A stretch of 57,760 nucleotides of DNA from a virus (Duplodnaviria; Caudoviricetes), in IMG/VR virus record IMGVR_UViG_3300048858_000021, positions 1 to 57,760 of that record. The stretch is one strand, 5' to 3'. The position numbers and the translations under genes were made by a program. The notes beneath the pieces were generated by a model. That model searched no databases. It saw only the letters and a program-made list of their open reading frames with translations, and was not told the origin of the DNA. Below are positions 55,808 through 57,760 of this stretch, in pieces (within the stretch, counting starts at the first letter, position 1; every line of letters starts with the position of its first letter).

Positions 55808-56178
55808 CAATCGCTCAGGCGATCATGCTGCACGTCAGCACGGTCGCAATGGGTGCCGTCGTCATCGTCTTCGGATGCCTCGCCCCGTGGTACAGGACCA
55901 GGACGGGAGCAACGCTCTTTCTCGTGAAGGTCGCGTTCTTCATCATCCTCGTCCTTATCAATCTAGGGCGTTACGGCATCGACGGGGCGATCGTCGACGT
56001 TCTGCGATTTATCGCTTATCCGCTCACCACCATTACGGCGATTTCTCTTCTGTGGGTGATGATCGAAGCACAGGTCGTGGGGCCGCGCAGGGGCGTCGAC
56101 CGCGACCTGTTCCAGAAACACCAGCCCGAACCCGAAAAGTGGGACGGGGTCGAGAGAAGGAAGGTTCACGATGAGTGA
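55804..56178 (+). CDS. Three-TM membrane protein (holin-like)
   Basis: Three hydrophobic helices; PWYRTRTG. Confidence 0.65.
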   Translation: MTIAQAIMLHVSTVAMGAVVIVFGCLAPWYRTRTGATLFLVKVAFFIILVLINLGRYGIDGAIVDVLRFIAYPLTTITAISLLWVMIEAQVVGPRRGVDRDLFQKHQPEPEKWDGVERRKVHDE

Positions 56179-56353
56179 CAATCCAGAGGTGAAGAAGGTC
56201 GAGGCTCTCGCCGCAGAGCAGGGCGAGGCCTTCGACCCGACGTACAACCCGGAGGGCGCCGACCTGCCCCCGACGGAGTTCCCCGAGGACGAGTTCCCGG
56301 ACCCGCCCCAGACCACGACCGGCTCGGTCCCGGACCAGGCGGGTGAGGTCTGA
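56171..56353 (+). CDS. Acidic small protein (60 aa)
   Basis: Coupled to endolysin start (TGATG). Confidence 0.6.
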   Translation: MSDNPEVKKVEALAAEQGEAFDPTYNPEGADLPPTEFPEDEFPDPPQTTTGSVPDQAGEV

Positions 56354-57285
56354 TGGCTGCCACGGCTGACGCGGTCATCGCGAAGGCGATCTCTCAGATC
56401 GGCGGCTACTTCCCGGGTGCCTCGCCGTACGGCGTCTGGTACGAGCAGAAGACGAACAGCCGTGGGTTCGCCACGTCGTCCTTCTGCGCGATGGGTCTGT
56501 CGTGGGCTGCCGACCAGGCGGGCGCGCTGGACATCATCCCGCTCCACGCCTGGACGCCGTCGGGCGTCGCGTGGTTCAAGGCCCGTGGTCAGTGGCACGC
56601 TGGCGTGGGTGGTGCTCGCCGTGGCGACATCGTCTACTTCGACTTCGCCGGTGCTCCGTACCGCGTGTCCCACGTCGGCATCGTCGAGAACGTCAACTCG
56701 GACGGCTCGGTCAACACGATCGAGTTCAACACGAGCGGCACGGCTGCGGGAGACCAGCGCAACGGGCGGGCCGTCGTCCGCAAGCGGCGCAAGTCGTACA
56801 TCGTCGGCTACGGGCGTCCCGCCTACGTCGGCTCGAAGCCCGGTGCTCCGGCGGTGGACACCCGCCCGAAGAACCGCGACGGGTCGCTGACCATCGCGGT
56901 CGACGGCATCCGTGGTGGCGCCACCATCTCGCGGGAGCAGGAGGTCTTCAGCACCCGCCAGTTCCCGCTCGTGATCGACGGCGTCATCTCCCGTCCGTCG
57001 GCTCTGATCGAGCGCAAGCAGAACATCCTGAACGACATCATCACCGACAAGGACTGCATCGCGCTCACCGGCAAGGCCCGGATCAAGGAGGACGGCATCG
57101 AGGGCCACGACACCGTGATCCTGGAGCAGTTCGTTCTTCGGAACTGGGTGAACCCGGTGCACCAGCAGAACCTCATCGGTCACCCGCTGGCGTTCGACGG
57201 CGTCCGTGGCCGGGAGACGAACCTCGTTCTCCAGTTCGCCCTCAACAACGCCCAGGCGTACTCCGGTACGTACCCGCACGTCTGA
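56353..57285 (+). CDS. Endolysin (CHAP domain + putative peptidoglycan-binding repeats)
   Basis: FCAMGLSW, HVGIV, TIEFNT; repeated DGIRG/DGVI/DGIEG/DGVRG. Confidence 0.88.
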   Translation: MAATADAVIAKAISQIGGYFPGASPYGVWYEQKTNSRGFATSSFCAMGLSWAADQAGALDIIPLHAWTPSGVAWFKARGQWHAGVGGARRGDIVYFDFAGAPYRVSHVGIVENVNSDGSVNTIEFNTSGTAAGDQRNGRAVVRKRRKSYIVGYGRPAYVGSKPGAPAVDTRPKNRDGSLTIAVDGIRGGATISREQEVFSTRQFPLVIDGVISRPSALIERKQNILNDIITDKDCIALTGKARIKEDGIEGHDTVILEQFVLRNWVNPVHQQNLIGHPLAFDGVRGRETNLVLQFALNNAQAYSGTYPHV

Positions 57286-57297
57286 CAAGGAGTCATC

Positions 57298-57594
57298 ATG
57301 GCCGAGCACATCTCCGACGAGGAACCGGTGATCGACGCTGCGAAGATCGCGGCGAAGGTGACCGGCACCATCACCGCGATCGGTGGTCTCGCCAGCCTGT
57401 ACGGCTACGGGACCGAGACGGACTACTCGGCGTTCGCCGCTGCGTCCGGAACGCTGGTGATGGCGGGCGGTGCCCTGGTGGGCACCGTGCTCCCGATCAT
57501 CAACGCCTTCAAGGCCCGGGCGAAGGTGACGCCGCTGGCGAACCCGAAGTCCGACTCGGGCGTTCCGCTCGTGGAGGCCCCGCCCCTGCGCTGA
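57298..57594 (+). CDS. Putative holin
   Basis: Two hydrophobic segments, ARAKVTP motif, follows endolysin. Confidence 0.7.
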   Translation: MAEHISDEEPVIDAAKIAAKVTGTITAIGGLASLYGYGTETDYSAFAAASGTLVMAGGALVGTVLPIINAFKARAKVTPLANPKSDSGVPLVEAPPLR

Positions 57595-57605
57595 TCCGCA
57601 GTCTT

Positions 57606-57638
57606 CGGCCCCGTCTCTCGTTCTGGGAGGCGGGGCCG
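57606..57638 (+). terminator. Hairpin terminator after lysis genes
   Basis: cggccccgtctc / gaggcggggccg. Confidence 0.65.
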
Positions 57639-57760
57639 ATTGACGTGCAGGAATGTACCTGGCAGGAGCGGCGCGGTAGACTGTGGGTGCGGAGTTCGCT
57701 TGCCCGGCGCCGCATCACGGGTCGTCCCGGTCTGGACCGTAGCCACCTCGTCGCTCCCAC
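57634..57760. repeat. Terminal direct repeat copy 2
   Basis: Identical to 1-127. Confidence 0.95.

Noticed and set aside
57634-57760. 127-bp terminal repeat as a biological DTR
   Set aside because: Length equals a standard assembler k-mer and the boundary cuts through a terminator hairpin; most likely a circular overlap artefact

Overview
The window is an apparently complete genome of a GC-rich (roughly two-thirds G+C by eye) siphovirus of Actinobacteria. Bases 1-127 repeat exactly at 57634-57760, so the unit genome is a 57,633-bp circle. No integrase, canonical immunity cassette, tRNA or CRISPR array was recognised, so it is probably lytic. A CHAP endolysin without LysB, an LAxTG sortase signal and a BldC-like protein point to a non-mycolate actinobacterial host. 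Layout: early cassette genes (0.2-4 kb); helicase, exonuclease, Sak4-like ATPase, SSB and a primase-MCM fusion (4-13 kb); a DnaE-centred nucleotide metabolism/modification cluster (13.8-23.2 kb); a sortase-anchored surface protein (23.6-24.9 kb); small accessory genes and a RuvC-like resolvase (25-31 kb); putative TerS; an inverted island of promoter-gene cassettes (32.6-36 kb); then TerL, head, tail and lysis genes (36-57.6 kb). The most notable signals are: a candidate uncharacterised nucleotide-modification pathway; a phage-encoded LAETG-anchored rod-like protein; about 11 copies of a promoter/operator/RBS cassette with a non-canonical -10; a duplicated three-box non-coding element; a probable +1 tail-chaperone frameshift; and apparent avoidance of AGCT, CTGCAG and GCCGGC. 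All family calls come from motif recognition by eye, not database searches.
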